DNA of 62,987 nucleotides, filler included, from Licmophora abbreviata (taxonomy: Eukaryota): assembly GCA_900291995.1 (NCBI GenBank). It is 29 parts of 29 records of this genome, joined end to end, with 100 filler letters (N's around TTAATTAATTAA, not from the genome) between each part and the next. Parts side by side here need not be neighbours in the genome. Positions count along the whole stretch, not along the records: positions 9,499 to 13,671 come from OLMU01006361.1; positions 13,772 to 15,055 come from OLMU01006363.1; positions 15,156 to 16,238 come from OLMU01006364.1; positions 16,339 to 20,343 come from OLMU01006366.1; positions 20,444 to 22,375 come from OLMU01006367.1; 24 more parts are not named here. One strand, written 5' to 3'. Of the stretch, positions 10,293 to 22,475 are shown one piece after another. A program made the position numbers and the translations under genes. Every line of letters begins with the position of its first letter. Within the stretch, counting starts at the first letter, position 1. The notes under the pieces were generated by a model. That model made no database searches. It saw nothing but the letters and a program-made list of their open reading frames with translations, and was not told the DNA's origin.

Positions 10293-13200
10293 GTTCGGTC
10301 AGCTGGAGCTGCCTACAAAGCCGTACATGATCGTTTCCAATCATACGGCTCCCTTATCTCTAAGGCTATAACAAAACGCGTAATTAATCACTCAAATACC
10401 ATAGGATAAAGAGTCGTTTCACTAGAAGTTTGTGAAACACAAATTGATTTGATAATTGAAAAAATAAGAGTAGCTCAAAATTAAACTTCGTCTTGAATAG
10501 CAAAAGTGAACGAAGGGTCCAAATCATCTACACTGAGTTTATCTGAATGTATCTTATCATGACAACTCGTGCATAATGGTACTTGTTTACGATTAAGAGC
10601 CGATTCAAGACCTTTCCAGCCTTGAATAACATGTGAACCAGACGAACTAATAACTCCACTGCGAAGACGATGACCCACTTTACGGATATGATGTATCTCC
10701 TGGGCATCGTTTTCGCAATTTTTAACAGCACATTTAGAGTTTAGAGTAGATATAGCATTTAAGGTATGCACTTTAATTCTAAGTATTTTATCCAACTCCA
10801 TAGGGGCCAAAGAACTATTATTAAATTCAATTTTTTTCTTATTGTAATACTCCTGAGTAGGATATTTAGCCAAAACTGATTCAACTTCTTTACCATCTTT
10901 GTTCGTATACAAATAATTAATACGAGGAGCTAAAGAATGTTTCTGGATTATATTCTTAATTGAAGATTTATGCTTCATACCCAGGGTACCTAAAAGAGAA
11001 TATCTGAGGATCCAATTAACAACCTTTTTGAGGTCCCAGATATTGTCAGCACAACAATAATAATTCCAAATGCCGCTAGCTTTTAACGAATACCAGTTAA
11101 TAATATCATGGTCTTTAAGAGATGTAAGAAATCCCATCTCCTGTAGGTCGGGTAATAACTTTATGAACAATACCTAAGGATCTGAGTTTTTTTAGAAATT
11201 CATCTTTAGGAAATAAAATCCTAATAGAACGGTGGTTGAGCTTAACGCTATTAAGAATTGCAGCTTTAGCCTGGTAAGTTCGAGCCCTTCTTAGCTGATA
11301 CTCAATCACATTTTCACTAAAATCTCTCGAAGATATAAGATTTAGTTCCTTGAGATATATTTCCCTTGCCTTAACAAATTCAGGCGATAAAAAAGCTCCA
11401 GTAACATACTGAAGCTCCTTAAAATCTTCTTCAGTAGCAAGGTCTTTGGCTCTCTGGATCCATCTTTTTGTCGTATTTTTGAGAAGATTTATCCTTTTTT
11501 GTTCCGCTAAAGAGAACGGAGTTTCAGGATTCTTAATATCTTTTTTAGGAAAATTGGACACGAGAGCAGAACTAAGTACTTCAGATTCAATATTAGATAA
11601 GCTATTTTTTAGGGCACGTAGTACCTTAATTTTAACCCTATGGTCATACGCAGCTTTAATATGGGACTTCTTAACGAAGGACTTGCCCGCTGTAGCTATT
11701 GAGTTGATAACATCTCTGTGAAGTTTTGATAAGATGTTTTCTTGCATTTTGAAGTATTTCTCCGATTCCATGACCCTTTTTCTTTGGATGTTAGCTTTAA
11801 GTTTGTAAAAACGAGTAAGGTGTTTAGATTTACTACTATAGTTAGTTGGGTACAGGCCTATTTTAAAACCTAGAAAAGTAGTTAACTCCGAGATGCCATG
11901 AGATAACTTTGACTTTGAACTATCAATATGGCAGTCCAAATGCAAATCCGATTTAATGAACGTACGGATACTTTCAATAATTTTTTTTGCAAGAGGTTTG
12001 TCCATGTTAAACCCAAACAACATGTCATCTGCATATCTAACGTAATTAATTTTAATTGGTTTACTAATAATATCAGTACGCTTCCGCCTTATCACGTTCA
12101 AATTTAGAACGTTTAATACGCTCACGGAAATCTAAATCCTTAAATTTTTTCTGATCCGAACGAGTTCGTCTACGAAATTCTGGATTAAGAACAGAAGATC
12201 CAATCTTGTCATGTTTATTTTTTAACTCACTAATGAAGTTATCCAAAAGTGTCAAGTAAATATTAAATAGAAAAGGAGAAATAACACTGCCTTGAGGAGT
12301 TCCTAAAGTAAGTTCAGAATTAATATTTTTGACATTGACAATTTTAGCTTTAAGCATTTTACGAAGTTCATGAAAAAGTTTGGGATCATCAATCGTTTTT
12401 TCAATTTCGCTAATTAGTCTATGATGGTTAACTTTGTCAAAAGCACTTATTAAGTCAGCCGACCAAAACCATACAACTGGAGCCCAGGTTTTCTTGATCA
12501 CTTTTAAAGCAGAATGAGCGGACTTATTAGGCCGAAACCCAAACGAGCTCTCGTGAAATATAGAGTTCAAAATCCATTTCCTAACTTCATATATTTTAGA
12601 ACCTTTCTCTGAACGGTCACACTTAAAATATCCCCCATATAATGGGCTATTAGGATCCTTAAACTCTTTAAAAGTGCCATAATCAACTTGTTCCCAAAAG
12701 CTAACTCCTTCGTAAATTTGTTGCAGAATACGAAGGATAGCTCTTTGGACCACTTTATCGCGAGGACTGCCAATGGTTAGAGGTCTTTTATTTTTCTTAC
12801 CCGGTTTATCAATTAAGGTACGTCGGGCTGGTTTGTATTTATACTTGCCAGAATTCAACTTCTCAGAAACCTCTTTAAACCAATTAAGTTCAAGCCCATC
12901 CAAGGTTTCACCCTCTTGATCACCCCCGGGAGTTAAATTACCCGGCTTACTTTTAATTTCAAACCATGCTTGTTGAAGATTTTCCACTGAACTAATGAGC
13001 GGGAAAATATTTTCAAATTTTCGGGACTTCTCGTTATATCTAGCTTTTAAAACAAACGGTACAGAAGAAAAGCATCGACGAGAGTATATTACCCTATTAC
13101 TGCGTTTGTTGAACCTATATAAAGAAAAGACAGGCCTTACATCCAAGTTTCCGTAGAAACTCTTATCAGGGCCACCCCCAAAGCACCGTTTAAAAATGGA

Positions 13201-13482
13201 ACTTCTTGTACGCCTCGCAAACAAAAGGAATAATGAAATTTTCCAACCTAACTTTTTAAATAGAATACTTCTATTTACACTGCTCTCCTCTGAAAATATA
13301 GAGCTACCCTTCACCCACACAATTGAGGTAGACGCAAGAGGTCTAATAAACGCCCCTGGATGATATCCATTCCCTAAGTTAAAATCTAAATTTCTCAAGT
13401 ACATCGATGCTTTTCGAAAGTGCAAAACTTCCTTACGATTCCTTTCCCGAAAAAAACCCCTTTGATTGCATTGCGTCCGCAC
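10293..13482 (-). mobile_element. Complete group II intron, about 3.19 kb
   Basis: 5' GTGCG at 13482; domain V GAGCCGTATGATTGGAAACGATCATGTACGGCTT near 10318..10351 with AGC triad and GAAA loop; short domain VI ending AC at 10293. Confidence 0.88.
10481..13482 (-). pseudogene. Intron-encoded RT/maturase/HNH protein split by two frameshifts (near 12090 and 11140)
   Basis: RPLTIGSPRDKVVQ, SFGFRP, GTPQGSVISP, YVRYADD, domain X, CAVKNC..EIHHI..NRKQVPLCTSCH spread over three frames. Confidence 0.88.
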
Positions 13483-13671
13483 TGTGGGAATACCAAGCGG
13501 TCTTTGACCTCCTGATCTTTTTGGAATAAAAATTCTTTTAACAGGTCTACACTTATAATTTTTAAGATCTTTGAGTCTTTCAACCATATTAGACATATAA
13601 GATTTATCTAAAGAAAATTTTTCTCCGTCAATACCTGGGGAATTCCGACCTTTAAACTTACTTATTTTATA
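13483..13671 (-). mobile_element. Fragment of a different group II intron RT (RT0 to RT2), interrupted at GIPT
   Basis: KGRNSPGIDG..YKCRPVKRIFIPKRSGGQRPLGIPT, followed immediately by GTGCG. Confidence 0.85.
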
Positions 13672-13771
13672 NNNNNNNNNNNNNNNNNNNNNNNNNNNNN
13701 NNNNNNNNNNNNNNNTTAATTAATTAANNNNNNNNNNNNNNNNNNNNNNNNNNNNNNNNNNNNNNNNNNNN

Positions 13772-14575
13772 TTAGCGGCACTAGCAAACACCCACGGCAT
13801 GCTCACCTTCCTAGGACAACCCCAGGTTCCAGGTGCACCATCATCATTCATCTCCGAAGCCATCCGGGACATCTTTGGCATCATGGCGCATCCTTAGGTT
13901 GAAGCCGTCTTCAACATGGCAGCCGACCTCAAGCATGTAGCCCACGCCGTCCTAGCAGACATCCAGGGACTGCTCGCCGAGCACGCCGCATTCGCCACCA
14001 GTGCAGCCAACATCACAGCCGTGATCACCGGACAAGCAGTCGACTTCAGCAACTTCGAGAGGCTCAAACTCCTCAAGGCGCAACTGCAACGCCGCCTAGT
14101 CGACAACTTCCGCATGGGCCAATTCCAACAATACAAAGACCCTCCAGCCTCTTGGAAAGTCTTCATCAAGAACAAGGAAGACGAAGGGACCAAGACTCAG
14201 GAGAAGCAGAAAGGAAAATCGGGCAAGACACCGGGATCCGGAGGTGGGAGCGTCGAGCGTCGCAGTAACCCCGACATGGGAGACCTGGTGTTCACAGGCC
14301 CCTCGACACAGCGCCCTCCCCCTCTCCGTCTATCTGGGGACCGCCCATTGCTCTGCCTCGACTGGGCTTTCATCGGAAAATCTTGCCCGAAGGGCTCGAG
14401 CTGCAATATGGCTCACAAAATCTATCCAAACATGGGCAGTGCTGAAAACAAGACAGCAATGGAGAATTACGTAGCGAACAACCGACTCATCGAGTGGGCG
14501 CCACGCCACCGTAACTCACCGGGTCGCCAAGCCACCCCTGCGGGCAACGGCGGGAATAGCGGCCGACGCGGTTAG
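13772..14575 (+). pseudogene. DIRS-like gag C-terminus with CCCH-type finger; in-frame TAG at 13895
   Basis: LCLDWAFIGKSCPKGSSCNMAH; next contig carries a YR-element-type RT. Confidence 0.55.
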
Positions 14576-14968
14576 TACTCGTCGACGCCCACTCTCAGTT
14601 CCGTAACATAACACACTCGATTACTCACGTAATGACTCTCGTCGTCTCCTGGCCCCTGGCCTACTAGCAAATTTCGATCCTCTGGGGTTCTGCATCGCCG
14701 ACGATGACCAAGCCACAGCACTATCTCCCAGGCGTCCTTCCGGGGCGATCACTCCAGCCATGATCACAGCACTGAAGCAACAAAAGACCCAGTCGACGAA
14801 GCCCAGACTCGGAATACAGCAACCCACAACCAGAGTCGTACCGCCAATTGCCACAAGCCCCCAACACCTCCAAGGAACCAGCCCACGTCGTCCAAGCGCG
14901 CCAAGGCAGACCCGAGGAACTTCATCGTTGCCACTGCCGCACCGGAGCACCACAGGGAATTGACGCCT

Positions 14969-15055
14969 GATTCCGAGCTCAGCTCTGAGTCGAATGAGTC
15001 ATCCGCCTCGTCTGGTCGTGATCCGGATTCCGAGCTCAGCTCTGAGTCGAATGAG
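14969..15055 (+). repeat. 30-nt exact direct repeat, period 57, at a contig end
   Basis: GATTCCGAGCTCAGCTCTGAGTCGAATGAG at 14969 and 15026. Confidence 0.9.
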
Positions 15056-15155
15056 NNNNNNNNNNNNNNNNNNNNNNNNNNNNNNNNNNNNNNNNNNNNT
15101 TAATTAATTAANNNNNNNNNNNNNNNNNNNNNNNNNNNNNNNNNNNNNNNNNNNN

Positions 15156-16238
15156 CGCTTGGCGACAGCACAGAAACACCGACTTCACCACCTTGCAGTA
15201 CCCGTCCCCCAGCTGGGCGACGCAGACAGACATTAATCGGGATCGCGTTGATCTCTTCCTGGCATGCGCACTCCACTACGACTTCGATATGGCAGCCGTC
15301 TATCGTTTCGCCGGAGGCAACTACGTTGCTGCCCATCGGAATACTGATCAAGTTCTCGAAGACACGCACTTTCGGGCTGATAGCAGAAGAAGACTTTGAA
15401 CACCTCGGCCGGGTCCTCCGCCTGGGAGCACCAGCCCAATTCAAGGAACAAAGCACGCACGAAGAGTTCCGTCAGTACCGGGAATACGGCAACCACCAGT
15501 CGCTCGACGCCAACATCGACAAGGTCCGCAAGGCGCTGATAAAAGACGACGCCAGATGCAATGCAATCTACCTTCCCAAGTGGGTGACCGAGTTTGCCCC
15601 CGACATTATGCTCACGCCGCTGGGTTACGCAAACGAACGGTTGATTGTTGACTCTTCGTTCCAGGTCACACCCGACAGCCGCCCATACAATATGCGAACC
15701 GACAGTACCGTCGAGCCCCAGATTCACTTTGGCGCAGCGCTGCGACGCTACTGGTACCAGATCTATAACCTCCGCATCTCCTTCCCACGGGCCGAGATCC
15801 TCCTGTTTGACGACGACGTGTCCGGGTGCTTCCGCCACGTCAAGTACAATCCCAATGTGGTCTCAGCAAAAGCGTTTGCGGTCGATGGTTGGTTAGTCGT
15901 GGCGACGGGTCAGACATTCGGCGACAGCACCAGTCCACCGAATTGGGAGCCGCTGGCTCAAGCACGTATGGCGATTGCCCAGGAACTGTCGCGCTCCGGT
16001 GAAGCCGTCCCGAGCCACGCCACGTATTTAGAGGCCGTCGAATTCCCCAAGGCTGACATTGTCCCTGACGGCACGTTCGTCGCGCCAGCAACGGCAGACA
16101 GCAAGAACCCTGGGGCCTTCGATAACACCGGCACGAGGCGCCCGACTGAGTTCAACATGCACGTCGACGACAATCTCTACGCCAGCGTGGGCACCACCGA
16201 GCTCAAACGGAATATGCGCGCGAGCATCGAGGCACTCA
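15156..16238 (+). mobile_element. DIRS-like (YR retrotransposon) reverse transcriptase, partial, frameshift near 15365
   Basis: RLIVDSS, DDVSGCFRH, QTFGDSTSP, HVDDNL; same layout as the RT at 38628..39732. Confidence 0.7.
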
Positions 16239-16338
16239 NNNNNNNNNNNNNNNNNNNNNNNNNNNNNNNNNNNNNNNNNNNNTTAATTAATTAANNNNNN
16301 NNNNNNNNNNNNNNNNNNNNNNNNNNNNNNNNNNNNNN

Positions 16339-16812
16339 GATCACGCCGTCGATGACGTGGATCACCCCGTTCGAGGTTTCGATATCGGGCTGCACCACAT
16401 TGGCGCCATCCACGGTCACACCGCCTTCGGTCATGATGGTGACTTCGCCACCCTGAACGGTGCCGGCCATCATGTTGTTGCTCAGATCGCCCGACATCAC
16501 CTTGCCGGGGACCACGTGGTAGGTGAGGATCGCGGTCAGTTGATCCTTGTTCTCGGGCTTGAGCAGGTCTTCGACCGTGCCTTCGGGCAGGGCGGCGAAG
16601 GCCTCGTCGGTGGGGGCGAAGACGGTGAAGGGGCCATCGCCCTTGAGCGTCTCGACCAGCCCTGCGGCCTGAACGGCGGCGACCAGTGTCGCGAAGCTGC
16701 CAGCCTCGACGGCGGTGTCGACGATGTCTTTTTTCATGTCGGTGCTGCCGGCAAAGGCGGGGCCGGTCATCAGGGCGGCGGCGGTCAGTGCCAAATAGGT
16801 TCTGCGAAACAT
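16339..16812 (-). CDS. Fasciclin (FAS1) domain secreted protein, bacterial; last codons missing
   Basis: Signal peptide; [31 protein letters not shown]. Confidence 0.97.
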
Positions 16813-16870
16813 GGTCGTTCCTCCTATGCATGTCCTACAGGTGCAATGCCGTTCTCGGCATCGTTGACCA

Positions 16871-16897
16871 TTACGCAGCTAAAACGCATCTGGTTCA
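16871..16897 (-). promoter_or_regulatory. Putative ECF sigma promoter of the fasciclin gene
   Basis: TGAACC-N16-CGTAA about 60 nt upstream of the ATG, downstream of a terminator; AGAGGA RBS follows. Confidence 0.5.
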
Positions 16898-16927
16898 GCG
16901 GGGGAATCCGCCGATGCGAGTTGACGG

Positions 16928-16957
16928 AAAAACCGCGCGGACTAAGCCGCGCGGTTT
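16928..16957 (-). terminator. Rho-independent terminator after the DUF302 gene
   Basis: Stem AAACCGCGCGG/CCGCGCGGTTT, 6-nt loop, T5 tail on the minus strand. Confidence 0.85.
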
Positions 16958-17005
16958 GGTCGGTTCCAGTCAATATCTTGTGAAATCGCGCGAGGGTCGC
17001 GTGAT

Positions 17006-17449
17006 TTATTCCATGCCGATAGCGGCCCGCGCGATCCCGTCCAGAAGCGCCTGAACCTTCTGCATCTCACCTTCGGGGAAGGCGCGGTAGCCGACCATGA
17101 CCTTGCCCGGATCATTGGCCATTTCGGCCACGAAGATATCATAGGGGCAATAGGCGATGTTCATCGGATTGGCCTCCATCACCTCGCGCGACACGGTGGC
17201 CGAGCAAAAGCTGTAGGCGTCGGCTTCGACGAACAACTCCACGTCCGAGCCGACATCCTGCCGGGTTCGAGCCAGCATTTCGCCGACATGGCTGACACTG
17301 TCGATCACAAGCCCTTCGTTCAGGATGGCGGTTTCGAGGCCGAAAGAGACATCCTCGAAGGATTGATCGGTGGTGTAGGTCACGATGTCCTGTGCGCTCG
17401 CGGTGTGCGCGGCAAGGATGAGGGCGGCGGCGAGAGTCGAGCGTTTCAT
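17006..17449 (-). CDS. DUF302 domain exported protein
   Basis: Signal peptide MKRSTLAAAL..ASA; FCSA..MEANPMNIAYCPY motif. Confidence 0.85.
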   Translation of the reverse strand: MKRSTLAAALILAAHTASAQDIVTYTTDQSFEDVSFGLETAILNEGLVIDSVSHVGEMLARTRQDVGSDVELFVEADAYSFCSATVSREVMEANPMNIAYCPYDIFVAEMANDPGKVMVGYRAFPEGEMQKVQALLDGIARAAIGME

Positions 17450-17762
17450 GGCGGCGTCCTTTTGTTGTCGTTTGCAAGCGAGCGGCTTGTCATTCCGCCG
17501 CTCATCATAGGGCACGACCGTGCCTTGCCCGTTGATTCAAATCAACAGATGGCGGTTCTGGCGTCTTTGCTGCCGCAGCGCTTTCCGAGGCCGCGCTTGC
17601 ATAGCCCCTGCAGACACTGCATAAAAACCGTGATTTTCCTTTCATTACCCCTTTTCACGAGTGGTTCTGCAAAGGGTGATACATGGGCAGGCGATCTGTG
17701 GCGCAAGCGCGAAAACGCGTCGGCCTGACATAACGATCGGGGTAAGGGGAGACTTGGGTTTC

Positions 17763-18884
17763 ATGACCAAACGGGCACTGATTACGGGAATTACGGGGCA
17801 GGACGGGTCGTATCTGGCGGAGTTCCTGCTGGCAAAGGGCTATGAGGTGCACGGGATCAAGCGGCGGGCGTCGTCGTTCAACACGCAGCGCATCGACGCG
17901 ATCTATCAGGACCCGCACGAGCCGAACCCGCAGATGATGCTGCATTACGGCGATTTGACCGATACCTCGAACCTGACGCGGATCCTGCGGGCGGTGGAGC
18001 CGGATGAGGTCTATAACCTTGGTGCGCAATCCCATGTGGCGGTCAGTTTCGAGGCGCCGGAATACACCGCGGATGTGGATGCGATCGGCACGCTGAGAAT
18101 GCTGGAGGCGATCCGCTTTCTGGGGCTCGAGACGAAGACCCGGTTCTATCAGGCCTCGACCTCGGAGCTCTATGGCAAGGTGGCCGAAACCCCGCAAAGC
18201 GAGACGACGCCGTTTCATCCGCGCAGCCCCTATGCGGTGGCCAAGCTCTATGCCTATTGGATCACGGTCAATTACCGCGAGGCTTATGGGCTTTATGCCT
18301 GCAACGGGATCCTTTTCAACCACGAGAGCCCGCGCCGGGGCGAGACCTTCGTGACCCGCAAGATTACCCGGGGTCTGGCCAATATCGCGCAGGGGCTGGA
18401 GCAGTGCCTGTATATGGGCAATATCGATGCGCTGCGCGATTGGGGCCATGCCAAGGATTACGTGCGGATGCAGTGGATGATGCTGCAGCAGGACGCGCCC
18501 GAGGATTTCGTGATCGCCACCGGCAAGCAATATTCGGTGCGTGAATTCATCCGCTGGTCGGCCGAGGATCTTGGCCTGACGGTGGCGTTTTCAGGCGAGG
18601 GCGTTGACGAGATCGCAACAGTGACCGCAATCGAGGGCGACCGCGCGCCGTCGGTCAAACCCGGCGATGTCATCATGCGGATCGACCCCAAGTATTTCCG
18701 CCCCGCCGAGGTGGAGACCCTGCTGGGCGATCCGAGCCGGGCCAAGGCCAAGCTGGGCTGGGAGCCCGAGATCACCGCGCGCGAGATGTGCGCCGAGATG
18801 GTGGCCGAGGATCTGGCCACGGCCCGGCGGCACGCCTTCCTCAAGGCGAACGGCTATGACCTGCCGGTGAGCCTGGAAAACTGA
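17763..18884 (+). CDS. gmd: GDP-mannose 4,6-dehydratase
   Basis: [53 protein letters not shown]. Confidence 0.99.
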   Translation: MTKRALITGITGQDGSYLAEFLLAKGYEVHGIKRRASSFNTQRIDAIYQDPHEPNPQMMLHYGDLTDTSNLTRILRAVEPDEVYNLGAQSHVAVSFEAPEYTADVDAIGTLRMLEAIRFLGLETKTRFYQASTSELYGKVAETPQSETTPFHPRSPYAVAKLYAYWITVNYREAYGLYACNGILFNHESPRRGETFVTRKITRGLANIAQGLEQCLYMGNIDALRDWGHAKDYVRMQWMMLQQDAPEDFVIATGKQYSVREFIRWSAEDLGLTVAFSGEGVDEIATVTAIEGDRAPSVKPGDVIMRIDPKYFRPAEVETLLGDPSRAKAKLGWEPEITAREMCAEMVAEDLATARRHAFLKANGYDLPVSLEN

Positions 18885-18897
18885 AGCTTCCGTCCAG

Positions 18898-20343
18898 ATG
18901 GGCCATAATACGATTACACCGGTTATTCTTTGTGGCGGATCAGGCACGCGGCTTTGGCCGCTGTCGCGCAAGAGCTATCCCAAGCAGTTCGCGCGGATCA
19001 TGGGCGACGAAAGCTTGTTGCAGGGCTGTGCCCGGCGTCTGAGCGGGCACGGCGAGGGGCTGGATTTCACGCCGCCGATGGTGCTGACCAATGCCGATTT
19101 CCGCTTCATGGTGACCGAGCAGCTGCTGGAGGCGGGGATCGATCCCGGCCCGGTGCTGATCGAGCCGGAGGCACGCAACACCGCCCCCGCCGTTCTGGCC
19201 GCGGCGCTGCATCTGGCCAAGGACAGCCCCGATGCGCTGATGCTGGTGGCGCCGTCGGATCATGTGATTCCCGACACGGGCGCGTTCCATGCCGCCATCG
19301 CCAAGGGCGCCGAGGCGGCGCGCGACGGGCGGCTGGTGACCTTCGGGATCGCGCCTACGCATCCCGAGACCGGATACGGCTATCTTGATCTGGGCGATGC
19401 GCCGGACGGGACGGGTGCTGCGATGCCGCTGCGGCGCTTCGTGGAAAAGCCCGACCTTGAGACAGCAAAAGCGATGCTGGAGGCCGGGACTTATCTGTGG
19501 AACGCTGGCATCTTCCTGTTCGCGGCGCGCGATATCATCGCGGCCTTCGAGGCGCATGCACCCGGCCTTGTGGCGCCGGTGCGCGCGGCGGTGGACAAGG
19601 CCCGCGCCGATCTGGGCTTTTTGCGGCTCGATCCGGAAGCATGGGGCGGAGCGGACAGTATTTCGGTCGATTTCGCGGTGATGGAGCGGGCGGACAACCT
19701 GTCGGTGGTACCCTATGCGCATCACTGGTCGGACCTTGGAAGCTGGGCCGCCGTCCAGCAGGAGGCCGGGGCGGATGACAACGGCGTGACCCTGTCGGGT
19801 CCGGCCACGGCGATCGACTGCGAAGGCAGTCTGATCCGGTCGGAAAGCGAAGGTCTGGAGGTTGTGGGTCTTGGCCTGAAGAACACGCTGGTGGTGGCGA
19901 TGCCCGACGCGGTGCTGGTGGCCGACATGGCGCGCACGCAGGATGTGGGTGCCGTGGTCAAGGCGCTGCGCGCCAAGGGCGTGGCGCAGGCGGACAGCTT
20001 TGCCCGCGATCACCGGCCCTGGGGCTATTTCGAGACACTGGCCCTGTCGGGCCGCTTCCAGGTGAAACGCATCGTAGTCAAGCCGGGTGCGGCGCTGAGC
20101 CTGCAAAGCCATGTGCATCGGGCCGAGCATTGGATCGTGGTGTCGGGGACAGCCAAGGTGACGATCAACGACACGGTCAAGCTGGTGAGCGAGAACGAGT
20201 CGGTCTATGTCCCGCTTGGCGCGGTGCACCGGATGGAGAACCCCGGCAAGGTGCCGATGACCCTGATCGAGGTGCAGACCGGCAGTTATCTGGGTGAGGA
20301 TGACATCATCCGCTACGAAGATGTCTATGCCCGCGAGAGTGAC
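18898..20343 (+). CDS. manC: Mannose-1-phosphate guanylyltransferase / mannose-6-phosphate isomerase; stop not reached
   Basis: PVILCGGSGTRLWPLSR..PKQF, FVEKP, WNAGIF, WSDLGSW, cupin LSLQSHVHRAEHW. Confidence 0.97.
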
Positions 20344-20443
20344 NNNNNNNNNNNNNNNNNNNNNNNNNNNNNNNNNNNNNNNNNNNNTTAATTAATTAAN
20401 NNNNNNNNNNNNNNNNNNNNNNNNNNNNNNNNNNNNNNNNNNN

Positions 20444-22375
20444 AGCACCACCTCCCGACGACGGCTCACGTCGTCCAGCACCTCTCCTCCCACTGGCGCT
20501 GCTATGCAGCTCTGACCCACTACCTGGTCCTGCACGCCACCGTCCTCTGGCTTCGCTTCCGCACTCCACCGGACCCCGACGTTCCCCGATACTGGACTCG
20601 ACGCGGCCCCAAGCATCTCCGTCGATTCCGACGCCGCTTCCGTCGAAACATCCACTACAAGCCCCGTGGACTACCTTCGACCTCTTCTCGCCAACTCGCC
20701 ATCCAGGAACGCCGTGCCCAGAACAACAAAGACGCCTACGCCCTACTGCAACGACTCTCCCGCTTTGCGCACGAATCTGACGACCTCTTTCGACGCCCCC
20801 GGCCTCCAGCCAACGTCGAGCGCCACCCAGTCACAGAGGGAGACACAACCGACAAGAATGCAACTGTCACCCCATGTCCATCGACCCCGACCGGTTGATT
20901 GTTACGAATGCTCCAGGTCGCCCCAATATCGCCCACGCTACGCCACGGCCACCGGCTCGACCTCCTCTTCGCCCTAACAAGTCCAAACCCCGTCGCCGTC
21001 GACACACCAAGCAGACCGACCGTCGCTCTCTACCCGCCTTTGTTGCCCATCATGCCTCCGCTACGATCCGAAACGTCGCCCACGCCATCCGCTCCAGCCT
21101 CGTTGCACGACCGGAGACAGCCCATCACCTCGGACCCCATCGAAACCACATTGTATGGGACTCCGGAGCAAGCATCAGCGTCACACACACGGCCTCCGAC
21201 TTCACCAGTGACATCGACGCAGCTCCAGAGGGAGCCACTCTGCAAGGCGTCGGGAAACGCGTCTCAGTCACAGGCACCGGCACCGTCACCTGGAAAATTC
21301 CCGACACCTCAGGCAACCTACGAGACATCGAAGTGCCGGCCCTCCTCGTCCCCAGAGCAACCCAACGCCTCCTCAGCACGTCATCGCTCCTCCAGCACTA
21401 CCCCGACGAAACGATCACCCTCGAACACGGTAGATTGTTGTTAAGTGGTTCCTCCGCGAACGAAAATCAGCCTCTCCGTCACCCAGTCGCCGCACTCATC
21501 GACCCAGCTACGAATCTCCCCATCAGCATCTGCTACGACGCCGACGCCGGCTCCAAGATCAATCGAGCCTTCAACTCGGCTCTGTCCACCGTGTCTCGAC
21601 GGAACTCCAACCTCAGCCCAGCCGAAAAGGAACTCCTACGATGGCACTACCGCCTTGGCCACCTCTCCCAGAAGCAGATCCAGTTCCTCATGCGAACCGG
21701 AGTCCTCGCCCACACCGAAGCAGCCCGCCGTCTCCAGACCGCCGCAAGCAAGCTAACCGATCGCCCTCTCTGCGCCGCCTGCCAGTACGGAAAGCAGCGT
21801 CAACGACCCTCTCCTGGACTCCGCAGCACCGTCGTCAAGGACCGACACGGTGCTCTCCGCGAAAAGGACCTCTTCCCAGGGCAGAAAGTCTCCGTTGACC
21901 ACTTCGTCTGCTCCACGCGAGGCCGTCTCCCCCACACCTACGGCAAAGAAGACACCAAGCTACAGTTCTCCGGCGGCGCCATCTTCGTCGACCATGCATC
22001 CGGCATGATCTTCGTCAACGAACAAGTGCATCTAAACACGCATGAGACAATCGAAAGCAAAACGGCATACGAGAAACACTGCCGCGATTTCGGCGTCACA
22101 CCACAGACTTACCTCTCTGACAACGGCTCCGCCTTCACGTCCGCCGAATTCAACCGACACCTCGAAACGTTCGCCCAGCACTCGAAATTCGCCGGAGTCG
22201 GAGCCCACCATCACAATGGCATCGCTGAACGAGCCATCCAGACAGTCATGTCGATTGCCCGTACCCAGATGCTGCACGCCGCGATTCACTGGCCTGACGT
22301 CGCCGACGCTCGTCTTTGGCCCCTCGCCGTCCAGCACTCCGTGAACCTCTACAACCACATGCCCTCCCCAAGCAC
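20444..22375 (+). mobile_element. Copia pol: linker, protease and integrase, partial
   Basis: IVWDSGAS; WHYRLGH..CAAC; VSVDHF, SDNGS, NGIAERAI. Confidence 0.92.
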
Positions 22376-22475
22376 NNNNNNNNNNNNNNNNNNNNNNNNN
22401 NNNNNNNNNNNNNNNNNNNTTAATTAATTAANNNNNNNNNNNNNNNNNNNNNNNNNNNNNNNNNNNNNNNNNNNN

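Noticed and set aside
12073..12075. TGA=Trp code as a fix for the intron ORF break
   Set aside because: A TAG follows within three codons and the YADD region is in another frame
14969..15055. CRISPR-like 30-nt partly palindromic repeat with a 27-nt spacer
   Set aside because: Only two units, period is a multiple of 3, retroelement context, no cas genes
17655..20229. Long antisense ORFs over gmd and manC
   Set aside because: Shadow ORFs caused by high-GC codon bias
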